NCBI GenBank assembly: GCA_964035545.1
Contig: OZ037773.1
Location: 4,803,751-4,867,750 of the forward strand
Source of the DNA: Bugula neritina
Lineage: Eukaryota; Animalia; Bryozoa
Length of the DNA stretch: 64,000 nt
Direction: 5' to 3'
Positions 28,801-43,627 of this stretch are shown piece after piece. The translations under genes and the position numbers were made by a program. Below the pieces are notes generated by a model. The model was not told the DNA's origin. It saw only the letters and a program-made list of their open reading frames with translations, and did not search any database. Positions within the stretch are counted from its first letter, which is position 1. Each line of letters starts with the position of its first letter.

Positions 28801-31800
28801 CCCATTTTTATCGATTCTAGTCTTTCACAACTTTACTTGGCAACTTTTGTTATGCGTTAGACCACCACTTTTTAGCCTATCTTTTGACACTAGAAAACAT
28901 GTTTTCATCTCTTCTTTCTAAGACCCAGCAATTTTGATAGAGAGATAGCTATATAAATGAAGGGTGCTATCTATAAATACATAGTGCAATACCCCTTCTA
29001 TTTTCAAAACTGATGCTTGGAACTAAGATAGAAAACTGGATTGAACTAGTAGAGAAATCTATAGCAGTGCTATTCACATCAGCCAATCAAAACCTTTGGA
29101 TAATGCCAAGCCCCCAGATCAAAGGAATAGAGGGGTACAACTTGGAGTTGCTAGAAGCAGTTCTGGCTATCCGGTTGTGACTGGAGTGGAATCAGACACA
29201 ATAAAGTTGTCAGCTGAGGTGAGGAAATAGTATTTGAAATTTAAACCTTGTTTGGTAAAGTTCACAGTTGGTTTATTTTTACAAAGTGTTCAGAATTTTC
29301 TACACTACAACACTTGGAAAGCAAATAAAAGGTTTGTTGCTGTTGGTACACTAGAATTCTAACACATTTAAACACTTTTATTGCATTTCGAAACTTGTGG
29401 TAACTTAGAGAGTAAAATGCAGGACAGTTAGTTGCATGCACTTAGCTTAATAAACCCTTAGAGCTAAAAGCTTTTTTCTCTTACGTCTTGTAAACTGGGT
29501 GCACCGAAAACATTTCTCTCTTAAGCTAGAAGTTATTTCTAAAATTGAATTTGATCGGTAAGATATATTATAGAGAGTAAAAGTGCAGTATTGATTACAT
29601 GGCTATTGCCATGTGCTATATTTGCTTATAAATAGATTAATCATTTATGTTGTAATTTATGGTTTAAATAAAACGTTTAAAATGATATATTTTCTAATAG
29701 GTAAGTCTATGTAAAACTGGTGCATTAAGCTAATTACTGAATGCAGCAAGCAGTACCAGTTATCACTATGAACTATTTTGATTGTTAAAATGAATAAAAT
29801 TATACTCTCTATTTAGTATCTGAATAAACTGGACCATTTTGTGATGTTTTGCTAATAAATCATGTTTTTCTAGAGTTAAAAATTAAATTTTTGTCTTCCA
29901 ACCACACCTAAAACAATGGCATTAACTTATCTTTATACTTACATGCATAAATCAATTTTTATTTGATCTTATAATACATTAAATCGTAACTTGATGATGG
30001 TAGAATGTATAATATAAGTCATATATTAGAATAAATAAGTGTTAAATTATATTAATAAAAAAACTGAGCTAAGTTATTTGAAATAATACGTTGGGTAGTA
30101 AAAATTAAAAAAAGATGTTTAAAATCTTTAAGTGACTTATAATTTCTTTTCAGTTTCACTAACACTAATATTTTTTATCAAGTATGATTCATTTAGATAA
30201 GAATTATAAATAGTATTCTACTCTTTAAGTTTGCAAAACTGCTATTAATTTAGAAATGGCTAAACAGCATAAGACTGGTCATATCTCCAAACTTATCATA
30301 GAATACTAGCACAAGACTCTGTTAGTAATAGTTGGTTAATGCCTTGAAACACTCATATTTGTTATTGAAATATATAATATTTTAGTGTATTTATTACAAT
30401 ATTTTTATTTGTTCCATACAGTAGTTTTAAATTTTACAAAATCCAGAAAATAAATGGTCAATTATTTTGAGCAGATTAAAGTATAATGCCTATTGGAGTT
30501 GCCTTAACATAGTTTCATTTGTATTATTCCTAGTGTTCACTTACAATAGACATGACTGCATTTAGATTTATGGAAGAAAGTTTTAAAAGTATGAAGTAAA
30601 AACAATAGTATAATCTATGCGTAAATTTAGCCATTGGAATAATTAGCCTTACTGCTTATATATTCTTATTTTAAGTGACATTTTCAAGTCTTCCAAGTCA
30701 ATAAGTTATATATAAGTTAGTTGCTTGTATGGCCAAGTCATTGCATAAAGGTTTCCTATAACTTCAACCCTCAGTTTTCCTGTAGTAGTATATATAATGT
30801 TAGTGATCAGTGAAGAAAGTCTGGTGTAGCTATTCTTAGTACAACCTTGCTGGTAGACTTTACCTCTGGAATTTACTTATTAAGAACTTCAAACAACTCT
30901 CACACACATTTACACCCTTCAGAATACACCTCTGACTCAACCTGCCCTTATTTTTCAGCTCACCCCACTCTAACACGTGTTAACAACACCTGTTATATAT
31001 TCTTAAGCTTCGACTCAAAGACGGAATTGGTGTGTATATGAAACCAAAATTGCACAACCAAGTATATTTTTTAGTTTGAAGGTTATAAAGTTTTATACTA
31101 GATAGCATTTAAAGACAATATAAAAACGATCACTTTTACCTTTATTAAAATTTCTTCTATCCTCACAATAACTATTGTTTAAATAAGATAATAATGTTTA
31201 CTATTATATTAAAATAAAATACCATGTTGAGAAAATACTTTTCAGATTTTTTAAATAATTTAATTTAAATGAAATAATTATGTGTGTATGTGTTGCAATA
31301 AAAAATACTAGAACTATTATAGTTTATTATTAAACTCACAATAATATGTTAATTAAACATCAAAGATAATTAATAAAGTAGACTTCCATTAAAGTACATG
31401 CAGGCATCTTATAAGCTAAAGCTGGTTGCTATAGTTGCTATAAACTATTCCCTACTTGCTACTTGTGTATGTTTCTACTATGGTTATCTTATTCCTGCAG
31501 TGCTATTTAGTGCTATCATATATAATCAGCATAGACAATATATATCTGTTGTAGCATTAGTTGTTGGCCGCTGACACAGTCCTTGACGCTGACCCTGCCG
31601 TGAGCACTGGCTGTCTCTGTACAATGTTTGTTTTCGTTGCAATGTTTGTAATAACTCATGATGTTTCCTTTCAGCCATACTATACTCTGCATGCACATGG
31701 GTACCAATGCAATGTTGGTCTTTGCTTAGAATATCTTAAGTGTCGTATTTTGTGTTGTAGATAATATCATTTACTTTTATGTATAATAGTAGTTGGTTGA

Positions 31801-32216
31801 AACAGTAATTTTCTTTGAGTTTTTTCCATTTTTACAATTCGACATTAAGTATTTACAGCTTATAGTTTTGATGAAAAATATCGCTAACAGACTTTGATCC
31901 TTGAAAACATGTTAGATTGCAAAAGAACTTATGAATGTGTTAATTTATTTTTTTTAAGCTTTTGTTACGGCAGCAAAATAAAATCAATCATTTTTATCAA
32001 TACAAAAAATTTGCTTTTCATACCACTAACAAAATTTGTTTTTTCTTAACTATTAATAGAACTAATATACTCCTGAAGATTTTGCATAACTTTTGTTGAA
32101 AATTTTACACATGCATTTTGCTATTTGTTGCGATTAGTTTACTCTTCACGACTTACAAACAAAACAAATAAATTTTATTTATTTTAGGAGTCGCAATTCC
32201 ATTCTAAACGCTCAAA

Positions 32217-35200
32217 ATGCTCGGTTCCATGAAAAGCGCCCTCGGCCGCCACAGTGGCAGATCTGCTCTCCGCCTGATGTCCACTACCCCACCCATTGTG
32301 TCCCACATGCCCCCATGTGATTTTGTGCCAAAGAAATATACGGGGCCGTCGAAGGACCGTATCAAACAAATCAGGGGTACAAACCTGACCCCTGCCCTAA
32401 AGCCAATGACCATGTATAGAGAGCCTATGTATATTAATCAAGGTAAGAAAACTTTACATTACTGACCTTGACATTTAATTAATTTACAAATTTGAATTTA
32501 AACTACATCACTTTTAATTTGATTAGAATTTTTTTCACGCAGTATGTTTTAGTTGCTAGTATGTTCTAGTTGCGAGTTACTGATTGTTAGTTATTAGTTA
32601 CCAGTTACTAATTACTACTAACTAGTCCCCCAGTAGCTAGATTAATTGACAGTTATTGCTCAAGTCTCAAACACACTCTGGCAGTTTGTGCTCAGCTCTC
32701 ATAGTCATAACTTTTAATCAACTGTATCCAAAGTTGTGTAAATCTTATTTATGCTCTTCTAGGTCACAAGCAATACTTGTATGATATTGATGGGAACAGA
32801 TATGTGGACATGTTTTGTGGCGTCTCTACCATCATAGCTGGACACTGTCACCCAAGAATAGAAGAGGTAAGTTATAGGCCACAGCATATAGACAGCACAC
32901 AATATAACATTTCGAGCAAATCTAATTTTTGATTTTGTAGCAATTGAGAAAATATTTGTGGATAGTTGAACTGCTCCGTAGTTTAAAACTTTTCAAATTA
33001 ATGGCTCACCATAGACTGAGACTACCAGCTGTTCAACAGTAGAATTTTTTTTTGTCACGAAGTGGTCGTTTATAAAAAAAACTTAGTAAAGATAAGATAC
33101 CTTTTCTCTCTGAGCCAATAAGATGTCGGCTGATTAAAAGCTGCCGGACTATTCTATTTTCAGGCTGCAGCCGAGCAAATGTCTAAACTGTGGCACACGT
33201 CAAACATCTACTGCCTGCCACCTCTCCACGAGTATGCTGAGAAGTTGGCTTCTAAGTTGCCTGATCCTCTAAAGGTACCCATCTATGTGTAATGTAGATA
33301 CAGGTGTAGACATAGGTGTATGTACTGCTGCAGGTATATAGGTGTAGGTATACAGGTGTAGGTAAAGGTGTAAGTGTAGGTGTGGGTGTAGGTATAAGTG
33401 TAGGTACAGGTACAGGTGTAGACATAGATGTAGGTATAGGTATAGATATGGGTATAATAAATTCATGTATGTTTTCAACGTCTTCATCCACGTAAACACA
33501 TTTAATGGATAGAGCTTTTTAAAAGGGAGGGCTAAGGGCTTGTTTTCTATTGTGGCAAAGTTTATTAAGACTGAATGCCGTTTCTAACATCACTAATGGC
33601 TATATTTTACTAAAGATGCTTTTTTTGCACGAGATCAAGCCGCGATCTAGTGTTTAGTAAGCTACTGCTCTAACCACTAAACTACAGCTGCTCTCTGTAC
33701 CTATATAGATAAAGGTGCATAATTAAACAGCTGCTCTTGCTTTGAAAATAATATTTTCAAAATATGGCTATGTAAATTGAGTTAGATATTAGTTATATTA
33801 CTACAATATTATAATATGTATGTATAATTTATGATGTTAGACGCTTGAAAATCCGAACGCAACGTCCAATTTTTGGGCTAAATGGGATTTCTCGTGTAAA
33901 ACGTGTCGTGTGGCCCTACACTAAGTAACTCAACAAAGCCTGTGCTATAAATTAGAAATGTAGAAGAATAAGAAGTCATATTCTAGCGAGAATTTCAACC
34001 TTGTGTCCCAAACTAAAATTAATTAGGAAAATTAAAGAATTGAGGCTATCTCCATTTCTCCACTACTGCTCCTAGATGCATTTCAAGTAATTCAACTTTG
34101 GTTTGACTCGTTTCAGGTGATCTATCTCGTCAACTCAGGAGCCGAGGCTAATGACCTTGCCCTTCTAATGGGTCGACTTTACACCGGTTGTATGGATACG
34201 ATGGTACTGAAAGGATGTTACCATGGAGCCAGTGGTGCCACTATGGGACTCACCTCACTCAGCACCTGGTACTTCAACTACCCTTCGGCTATCACTACAC
34301 ACAAGGTACTGATAACTCCCAACAGTTGTAGCTAAGTTGTAACAGTATTTAGCAATAAAGAAAAGTGCAAATGCTTTTGTGACATTTAAATTCAAATAAT
34401 TGTTATGAATTACAGCAAATATTAACAGTGCTCTCTCTTTTTCAAATGCATGTCTTAGTCCATAGCACCAAACTACGAGACACGTTTAAGTACTTTGGAC
34501 TAAGACAGTACGTTTTAAGCAGTTTCTGAGAGAAAAAAATTTATAAGTGAAATTTCCGCCCTTATATAAACTGTGCAACTAATGTAGAAACTCAAACGCA
34601 GATGATATGCATTGCTTTTATTTCTATGTATGACGCAAACACTTTCAGGTTTAACAATTTCTTCCTATTCTTGTTTTTTGCACCATACACTGTAAAGTAG
34701 TACATAGTACACAAAACTACTATGGTACTATTTTTTCAATCTAATTATAGATATAAAAAGCAAGACATCTATTTTTGTAAGATATACATTATAACAGACA
34801 TTAGTTACTTTGATATCTGTATACCAGCATCTATCCTTGACAGAAATTGCGGTCATGTCGTGATCTATTTAGTGACACCTCTACTGAAACTATTGGCCAA
34901 TAAGCATCTAGATCTACTTTGTTTTAGTTATTTATCTCTGTTTACATAGCTGACAACTCCCGATCCATACAAGGGGCCATGGGGAGGTAAAGGGTGCAGA
35001 GACTCCGTAGTACAAACAGACAGACAGTGTAACTGTGCACCCGGCAAGTGTGAGGCGTCAGAGAACTATGTTAATGAAGTGACAGACTCCTTAAAGTACT
35101 GTGCACCTCAAGGCAAGATGGGACCATTTTTCGCTGAAAGTATAATGGTTAGTGTCCACCAGATTCTTTTCAATAAGTCGATTGCTGATTAAAAGTATGC

Positions 35201-37621
35201 TGCAGTTAGTTTTAATACATATTCTGCAGTATATTATGTATCAAGTAAATAGCAAAATATTTTATCATTACTTCAGCTACGCTTTCTATTAATATAAGTT
35301 TTAGCCTAAAATTAGGTTGGACTGGTGCTGTACACTCCTTCTTTCATGTAGGGTGTTAACGGAATAGTGCAGTTTCCTAAAGGCTATATCAAAGGGGCAG
35401 CAGAAGCCGTGCGAGCTCGTGGCGGAGTAGTCATCATGGATGAAGTACAGACAGGGTTTGGCAGGACTGGAGATAACTTTTGGGGATTTCAAGGACATGA
35501 CGTCGTTCCTGATATTGCTGTCATGGCTAAAGGTATTCTGTTTGTATCAAGAACATATGCTGATGTTACTATCCAATTCGCTATAGTTATGCTGACCTAA
35601 ATTAGGATTTATCTACTCTTGTATATGATCTTTCATATGTGATGATGTTAACCTTACAAGCATTTGCTTTAGATTTATTGAAGTTAGTTTCTATGTTTCT
35701 CACTTTGACACCTTAAAAACATTTAGCAAAAGCAATTTGTGTGTGGTAGGAATTGCCAATGGTTTCCCCATGGCAGCTGTGGTGACAACAAAGGAGATTG
35801 CATCTGTTATGGATAGCGCCATTCACTTCAACACTTTTGGGGGAAACCCTGTAGGATGTGCCATGGCTTCAACTGTGCTTGACGTTATTGAAGATGAAAA
35901 GTTGCAAGAGGTAACCTTGGTGTTTAATGTTGTATTTGAACTAACCAAGCATCTGAAAACCTGTTTTGTATAAATCTGGTTTAAGTTATGAAGTTATAAC
36001 ATCCATGTTAAACTGATTGTTCACTGTATTAACAAAATTGTACACTCATACTTATGGGAGAGATTATTTCTTCACCTGTATTTAAACACTTCTTGATTGT
36101 TATATATTCACATATACTAAACTTTCTTGTAAATCCTGATATTTTAATTATCAAGATATTGATAGTTAGAACTAAAATATAGTAACTTGTAGAATGCCCG
36201 GGAACTTGGATCATACTACCTGATGGGGCTAGCGAAACTCCGCGACCAGTACGAGATTGTTGGTGATGTCAGAGGAAAAGGATTCATGATGGGCATAGAA
36301 CTAGTAACAGACAAAGTAAGAGCTATTGCATTAACATCAATACAAAAAATAGCATTAGTAAAATTTAATATGTAGTACATAGAATAATATTATATAAGCA
36401 CGTTTTCTAATAAACTCGATGTGATTAAATTTAGGTTGCTAATTATGTAATAAAAATTATTTGCAATAATATTGTTGCCACATTGATTGTATATAATACT
36501 AATATAACATGCTATGGTATAATAGCAATAAACACATATTACAAGAATTTATTATTCTGTTATATCTTATAATAATATTAATGTAATGTAGTATATATAG
36601 TATTTTAATAATAGTAGCACAATATTATATTATATTGCCATAAGTTAGCTTACCCTTACTGTTAGCTACTTTTGGCACGTAATAGTCAGCGATGTATTTA
36701 TTAGCCAGTAATTTCAAGTAATGATAAAAGACACTTGATTTGTTCAGTTTTCTAGTGAAAATGACACGCATGTTAATGCTAATGTTTTGTTATATGAATC
36801 TCTCTGCATTTTTAGCCACTATAATATATGTTAGAGTTATCCCCCTTTTCTCTATTTTTTATAGGATTCCAAGACGGCCCTGCCAAAAGAACAAACACTT
36901 GACATCTTAGACGACCTGAAGAACATGAGACTGCTATGTGGTGAGTATAGAAAGTGTATATTGTACTCTTTATATATATTGCATGTTGTATGTTATATAA
37001 CATATTATATTATAATGTTTTATATGTTATGTATATGATAGATTATATGTTGCATATATATTATGTGTTGCATATCATTTGATATATATCATGTTATAGT
37101 ATTATGTTGCATATTGTATGATATATATATTATATGATATACGTTATACATTACATGTTATATATTATGTATTAAAAATTACACATTTTGTTATACAATA
37201 TATATTATATGATATGTAATGTGCATTAAATCTTTCAGGTCTAACTGCCTTTTTTATTCAAATCTGTGGTAGTCTGTATGGTAAACCCCAGGGCACACTA
37301 TCTTCAAGAAAAGATAACTCCAAGTTAACAAATTGTGCAAACTATATTACAACATTGAGCACACCATCTACTCATCATATATTCTAATGTATGTATATAA
37401 GCTTATAACTGTACGTTCTAGACTGACAATGTTTTTGTATTCCAGGAAAGGGAGGAGTTGCGGGTAACATATTGCGAATTCAACCTCCTCTAGTCACCAC
37501 CAAAGCAGATGTCGACTACGCTCTGGGTTGCTTTGACCTTGCGTTTGCCAATCACAGAGACAGACAAAGCAAACAAGAGGCCCAGTTTGGCGAAGAACGA
37601 AAAGCTCACGCATCAATGTAA
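32217..37621 (+). CDS. AGXT2: Alanine-glyoxylate aminotransferase 2-like (class III PLP aminotransferase), copy 1, 10 coding exons
   Basis: Exons 32217-32442, 32763-32866, 33164-33274, 34117-34305, 34950-35147, 35352-35532, 35750-35910, 36193-36315, 36865-36940, 37446-37621, all GT-AG and phase-compatible; motifs [33 protein letters not shown] (PLP Lys), HFNTFGGNP; Arg/Ser-rich mitochondrial-type presequence. Confidence 0.93.
33290..33455. repeat. Degenerate (AGGTGT/AGGTAT)n hexamer repeat in AGXT2 intron 3
   Basis: taggtgtaggtatacaggtgtaggtaaaggtg... Confidence 0.85.
33540..33692 (-). mobile_element. Degenerate tRNA-derived SINE copy
   Basis: Reverse complement cagctgtagtttagtggttagagcagtagcttactaaacac...gccattagtgatgttagaa resembles the SINE head at 52813. 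Confidence 0.6.
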
Positions 37622-39244
37622 AAGTAATAAATCTTTGAATAAAGCTTTGAATCAAAAACGATTTTTGCAATCAAAACCAAACAGATGATATTTTAAGAGA
37701 GCAGTGATCTGTGACAGACATGCATTAAGTTACTCTTGTTTTATTCACCTTTCCCTTTCATTCTATACTCAACCTTACCTTCACAACTGCTTCTTTTTAC
37801 TATTTGCTTATGACTGTGGAGAGTTGTCCTCTCTATGTAAACTTTTGAAACATGTCTGTCTAATGACCTCTGCGATCTAATTATTATTGACAATCATCTT
37901 TTTTAACTGACAGATAAACGGTAACTGTGTTTATTTCGGAGGCCTGAATCCTAAAAAGTAAACTATTAAAAGTTTTTGCGTGATGTTGGCTGAAGCCCCA
38001 ATCTTTGTACATAATACCATGATTAACATCTCTATAATTTCATCCTATAAGTCTAGCAAGCAATTCTCTCAATTGATGGTTGTGCATTGTAGCTAAATAC
38101 AATCATGTGTTTCATATTTATTTATTCTTTACATGGTTATGTAATTTCTTAGGCAATATTATAGTGTGACTTTCTATTGCTTTTCTATTCTTATGAGCTT
38201 AGTCTCCAATAAAAATCAGCATAATATGCAAATAAACAAATTATTTTGTGACACTTTTATAGTGCTTATTTTAATTTTTAAACTATGTACAGTTATAATT
38301 CAAAATTAAAATAATGTCTTTAAACTATAAAGAAAGACAGTAAAAAATCTACACCCTTAAACAGTACTGAAAGTGTTTTGCTGGTCCTAATTATTATTAA
38401 TGCTTTTGATTAGGATCAGTTTTGCATTTAAGATTAAATATCATTTTGATGTATACTATCAAATTAAATGTAAACTTTATGGGATAATAATAATAATAAG
38501 GTGGTAGTCGTTTAAATGTAAGATCAGCTTATTTTTTCATAAAATTTAATACAAATGCTGAATTATTGAGATCATAATTGATTATTCTGTAACTTGAGAC
38601 AACTAAAAAAATTTCATGCCAATAGTTATATGAAATAATAGTCAATTTTTAAATGGTTTAGTATGTAGTTTGTAAGTGATGCTTTTATTAATTATTACAC
38701 ATGTAGCTTAAATTAGCGACTTGTAGTGGCGTCAACTTTGGAGTTACCATTCCATTTAGTGAAACTTGGAGCTGGCAATGTAATTGAGTTAAAAAATCGC
38801 TTGATGCAGCATAAAGTGGAGAGTCATTGGGTGCAATAGTTTGGAGTCCGGCTCGACAATAATGTGTATACATACACTGCACTCAGTGAACCCAAACGTT
38901 GTGTTGCATTTGTCAATCCTCTTTACTCAACTCGAAAGATAGACTTTGATTAGAAGTACATCCAGGGTATGAGTGTAAGAGTTTAACGGGGACCATAGAC
39001 TGACAGTTTAAAACTTTCTAAATAATAGTCATAGTTCGAAGTCTATGACTTTTCACGAGCCAGAAAAGAGTGGAAGCTGCAAGCCGACTGCTGAGACGTT
39101 TGCACATTATCTCAAATTGTGTTGTTCGTCCCACCTAATTGACTTTACTCTTTAGCCACCGAAAAAGCCAGTGTAAGTTTGCTCCTTACTCAACTTTAGC
39201 AACCATTGATACATTCTGTTTTTCACGATCATAAACTAATCACT

Positions 39245-39630
39245 GCAATACTAATACTAATACTAATACTAATACTAATAGTAATACTAATAGTAATTGA
39301 CAATCAACATCACCTGCACTATTAGTATTACTATTAGTATTACTATTACTATTAGTATTAGACTTACTTACTTAGTATTAGTATTAGTATTACTATTAGT
39401 AGGAGTATCACTATCAGTGTCAATGACTGAGTCGGTGATAGTGATACTGGTTACTATCAGTATAACTACAAGTACAAGTAAGGGTATCACTGCTCTGCTA
39501 AGATTTTTACTGACCATACTCATAGTCATGGTATTATGTTTAGTTATACTTTCAAAGTCAATATGACAGAATTTAAAATTATCATTATTTAGTTTAATTT
39601 AATTTCTGTTAGTGTTACTGTTAGTGTTAG
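39245..39630. repeat. (TAATAC/TAGTAT)n low-complexity tract, continuing at 45785-45990
   Basis: ctaatactaatactaat..., attagtattact... on both sides of the LTR element. Confidence 0.8.
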
Positions 39631-39633
39631 CGT

Positions 39634-40107
39634 TGTTATGGTGGGTTTTACTGATTTTGAGTATCGTAAACTCACCGAGTAATATATATAATGTGGCCTT
39701 GGGGTGAGCTCGGGGTCGGTGTGCAGTTGCGGGTTAATAGCTTGGCTGCGAGGTAACTCCAGCTCCTGTCCGTCTGGTAGGGGTGAAGTTGAGACTCCGG
39801 GTTAGAGTAGTTGGCTGGTGGTGCTCCTCGGTCTATGGTCCTGAGCTAGCACTCACAAACGTACTCTAACACATTCTAATTAGGTAGCATACATTCTATA
39901 TAACTATTCTCAATTATTCCTCAATCAGTCTCAAGTCTCCCCATTCTCCCATTTTCACTAGGTTATATAGCTATCACACTCACACAAGCCACACCCACAC
40001 TATAAGTAATATTAATGTCAAACTTAGAGTTGTGCACCCCACACACATGCAACAGCAAGAGATGACAACTACACATATTTATGATACTTATAAATCCAGA
40101 TATAACA
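39634..40107 (-). repeat. 3' LTR (474 bp)
   Basis: tgttatgg...tataaca, direct repeat of 45252-45725. Confidence 0.95.
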
Positions 40108-43100
40108 TTCTCCGTCACAATAAAAATTTACAGTTCCACCTGTAAATACTTGACTAGGGGCATTGCGATTTAAGGATAAATATTGCAGTAACAAGGTTAA
40201 ACTATTAAATATGTAATTACTTTAGGATTACTGGACATATTAGAACTTGCAATATATTAGACATTGGGTATAATTGATATTAATAGACGTATTGGAAATT
40301 ACTACATACATAGTAACCTTTATATAATAGCTGTGAGTGTCTACTAGCCTCACAACTGTTTAATAGGGCTGTGAGATTTACTACTACTATTGACCAAGTT
40401 ATAGAATAGGTAACATACGAGAAAACAGCACAGCAAGAATAAGTTCAACTTCTGTCTATTGAAAGTTGCAAATTTCCTTTTGTTACCTTTTATAAAATAG
40501 AGCCTATCAGATAAAATGCTATAGATGCATGTATGCTATATATGTATGTATATGTATATGTATATGTATATATATATATATTTTTTTTTTTTTTTAATCA
40601 CCTTGTGGATCACTTTATGTTCTATTGGAAGAAATTAGTATATTAAATATTAGTCTGTACTATACCTACACTGTTACTATACCTACACTGTTACTATACC
40701 TACACTTGAAAAAATTAAAAACGTTTATCCAGTAAATATAACCATAATATGTTAGTGCACGTAGCATGTAGCATGCAAGATCTGAACGATGAAACTTGAA
40801 CAAGCCAAGACCTAGGTAGAAAGTAGCTTCATCAGTCAGCGTTTATTTATTTTTTTGCAGTGATTGCATCAATTTCTATTTTTTTTTTAAACTAAATGAG
40901 TTAGCACGACTTAAATCTGAATTTTACAGTTAACTAAGCATTATAAATTAAATCTTAAAATTAAAAATTATGCAGGGTATTTGTAAATGAGTTGTGGCTG
41001 TGTAGCCCTATCTTCAAAGAAAGTATCAATTACTATTTTTCTAGATTATGAGATATTATGAGACATATGCAATTTAATTATAAGCTTACTTCCACATTAA
41101 ATATAATAACCTTTTAATCTGACAGATGTTGCCAGACCAATTATTTTGATTAATGACTTATCTAATTCTAAGTAGCCCCTCTTATTAGTATAAAATCGGC
41201 AAGGATTAGCATAATTAGTATAATTTATTCTATATACCATCTTTGTAACTATAGTGGAAAAACTGTAGTCTGCAATGTTATACACACAGTAATAGCAATG
41301 GCCTTGTATTATATTCTGTTTATGTAGCACTAAACTCATATCAGCGGTTACTCTAATCTGTGGGACTTGAACTAAGGAATTATAATTAATTACTCCTGAC
41401 TTTTGATATTAGCTGTGGTGACTTACATTTATAAGCTTGTATTCAATGGTAATTGCAACTATATACATATCAAGCACATTATATGACGTGGGAAAAGGCT
41501 ATAGCGGAGATTGGAGTATGGTGGTACCAGTCTATACCAATGTAATATGTGATTAAGGATTAGAGGTCTACGTAGATAAGTGTATTTACTGGGGCTAGTA
41601 TATTTCTTTATAAGGATAAGGCTAACATAATTAATATAATATGATGACTGCATGAGCCTGCTGCAAACTAAGATGTATATAAATATGAAGAGAATGGCGA
41701 TTGATCTAGGCAAGAGGCAGTTAGCCTGTGTATCTTTACCACAATAATATAAATGTCTACAAAGTAAAATCCAGGACCCAAAAGAGAATGGAAACACCTT
41801 CATCACACAGAGTTGTGTAATATAATATCTCAAGCAATAATTTCAAGCTGTCTTGCTGGGTAAGGCTTACAGCTCATTAAAGTTTATGTTTGGTCTACTA
41901 TTTCCTAAACTGTCTAGTTTGATTCACTTAGAGCCAGCTATCAGGTTAATTAACAAAACTACTTCCCCTTAGATTATCACCAATTGCTTCCAACCTTCAG
42001 AACTCAACTATGTCAACATTTTCCTAGAGAATAAAAATTAACCTCTGATTACTGCTCCAGCAGCAAGATGATATCAATTAATAAACACAATGAACCTGTA
42101 GATTCACAAGACTATGGTTGTCATACATATTGAACTTTTCCAGTTCATTGATAATACACATCAGTTAGAGAGTAATAGTGGTATGGTGCAGTAGTCACAG
42201 ACGATGACTGACTACCAGCTTGAGTTTGTCAAGGTATATAGGCCTGCGTGGTTGGTAATGAGCTTAATAGATGATTACTTCAAGAGAAAATCTTATAAGG
42301 CGATAAGACGTATTATATATTAATTCGATTAGTAGTTTGACTAAATAGTATTGCACTTAGGTATAAGAAGTTTTAATTAAAGTTAACTAGGGCCATAATC
42401 TGAACAATACATGGGAGTGAATGAGACTGCACGGGTGGCAGCTAACACGCCCCATGCGCTGCAGTAACATGTAGCAATGTCAGCCCCCACCGTGCTTGTC
42501 TCCACATGTATCCTACTAATAAAAGAGCTTATATTCTATTTTCCTTTTGAAGAAGTAATTGCAAACAACATTGATCCCTGGTAACTCTTATATGAGTTTG
42601 GTACACATAACTACAGTATAATATTTTATAGCTAGTTTTATTTATGTTTTCAAATAAGTGGATTACTGGATTACTGTCGCGTCATAGCCTACTAAATGAA
42701 GTCATATACTGTCGTACGTGAGGCGCCAGCACAAGTTGTGCTTAAATGTGCGTCGTGGCCAGGCAGCAGCAGCGCTTTATTAATAGAAAATTCACAACAT
42801 AAAATTATATACATATACCCATCACCAACATATAGAAAGTGGTTAGTATTAATTAGCTAGCATGCAGGATAGCAAAATGCATCAGAGTAATGTGCACTCA
42901 GTCTATTTCATACGTCTATGAAATTTAGTCTAGTCAATGTCAAAGTATAGAGCTCTATGGACGTCCAGTAGTAATTTTTGTTTTATGTAAGGCCTGTAAA
43001 TTTGTTGTATTTCCGTACGGATTTATGCATGCTGTCGGTATACCATTATGAAATTTTATATATTCGATCTGTGTCGGCGTCCCATTTTCTGTAGTGATTC

Positions 43101-43358
43101 TACGTACGTGTTGCCCTACTGACGTGTCGTCATGGCGATATAAATTATACAATTGTTTTTTGATTCGTTTGTTGTTCGGGACAGTTTGTGTTTGAAAGCG
43201 CTTTATATAAATATCGTATGTAGCCTATTTGTTGAAGTAGCCTATATATTATGACAGTATACTGTGTAGCCCTAATTTTTCGATTGAAGTTTAACGTCAT
43301 TCTGGACGAGCCCTGTAATTCCATAAAATTGTTAGTATATGTGCACATACATTGAATG

Positions 43359-43540
43359 ATGGCCTGCAAGCGTCCAACAGCTCGATAGGCTGGGACTACG
43401 GAGTAAATAGTATATCGAGTTGGGCATTAGTGGCCTGCACATGTCCAACAGCCGGATGGGCTGGGACTACGGAGGAAATAGTATATCAAGTTGGGCATTA
43501 ATGGCCTGTACATGTCCAACAGCCGGATGGGCTGGGACTG
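43359..43540. repeat. ~71-nt tandem repeat, 2.6 copies, inside the LTR element
   Basis: tggcctgca..gtccaacagc..gat.ggctgggactacggag.aaatagtatatc.agttgggcatta. Confidence 0.9.
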
Positions 43541-43627
43541 TGAGAAACTAATATGGAGATTTATAGAAACTCTTAGGCTGGCTACATAATGGGCTAGTAA
43601 TTTAATTATATAAATACCTATCTAGAT

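Noticed and set aside
37560-37621. Peroxisomal PTS1 on AGXT2 copy 1 (C-terminal ASM)
   Set aside because: Lacks the basic residue at position -2 of the [SAC][KRH][LM] consensus; the N-terminus looks mitochondrial
41097-42300. env gene in the gag-only LTR element
   Set aside because: Only short, stop-interrupted frames; I could not identify fusion-protein motifs by eye
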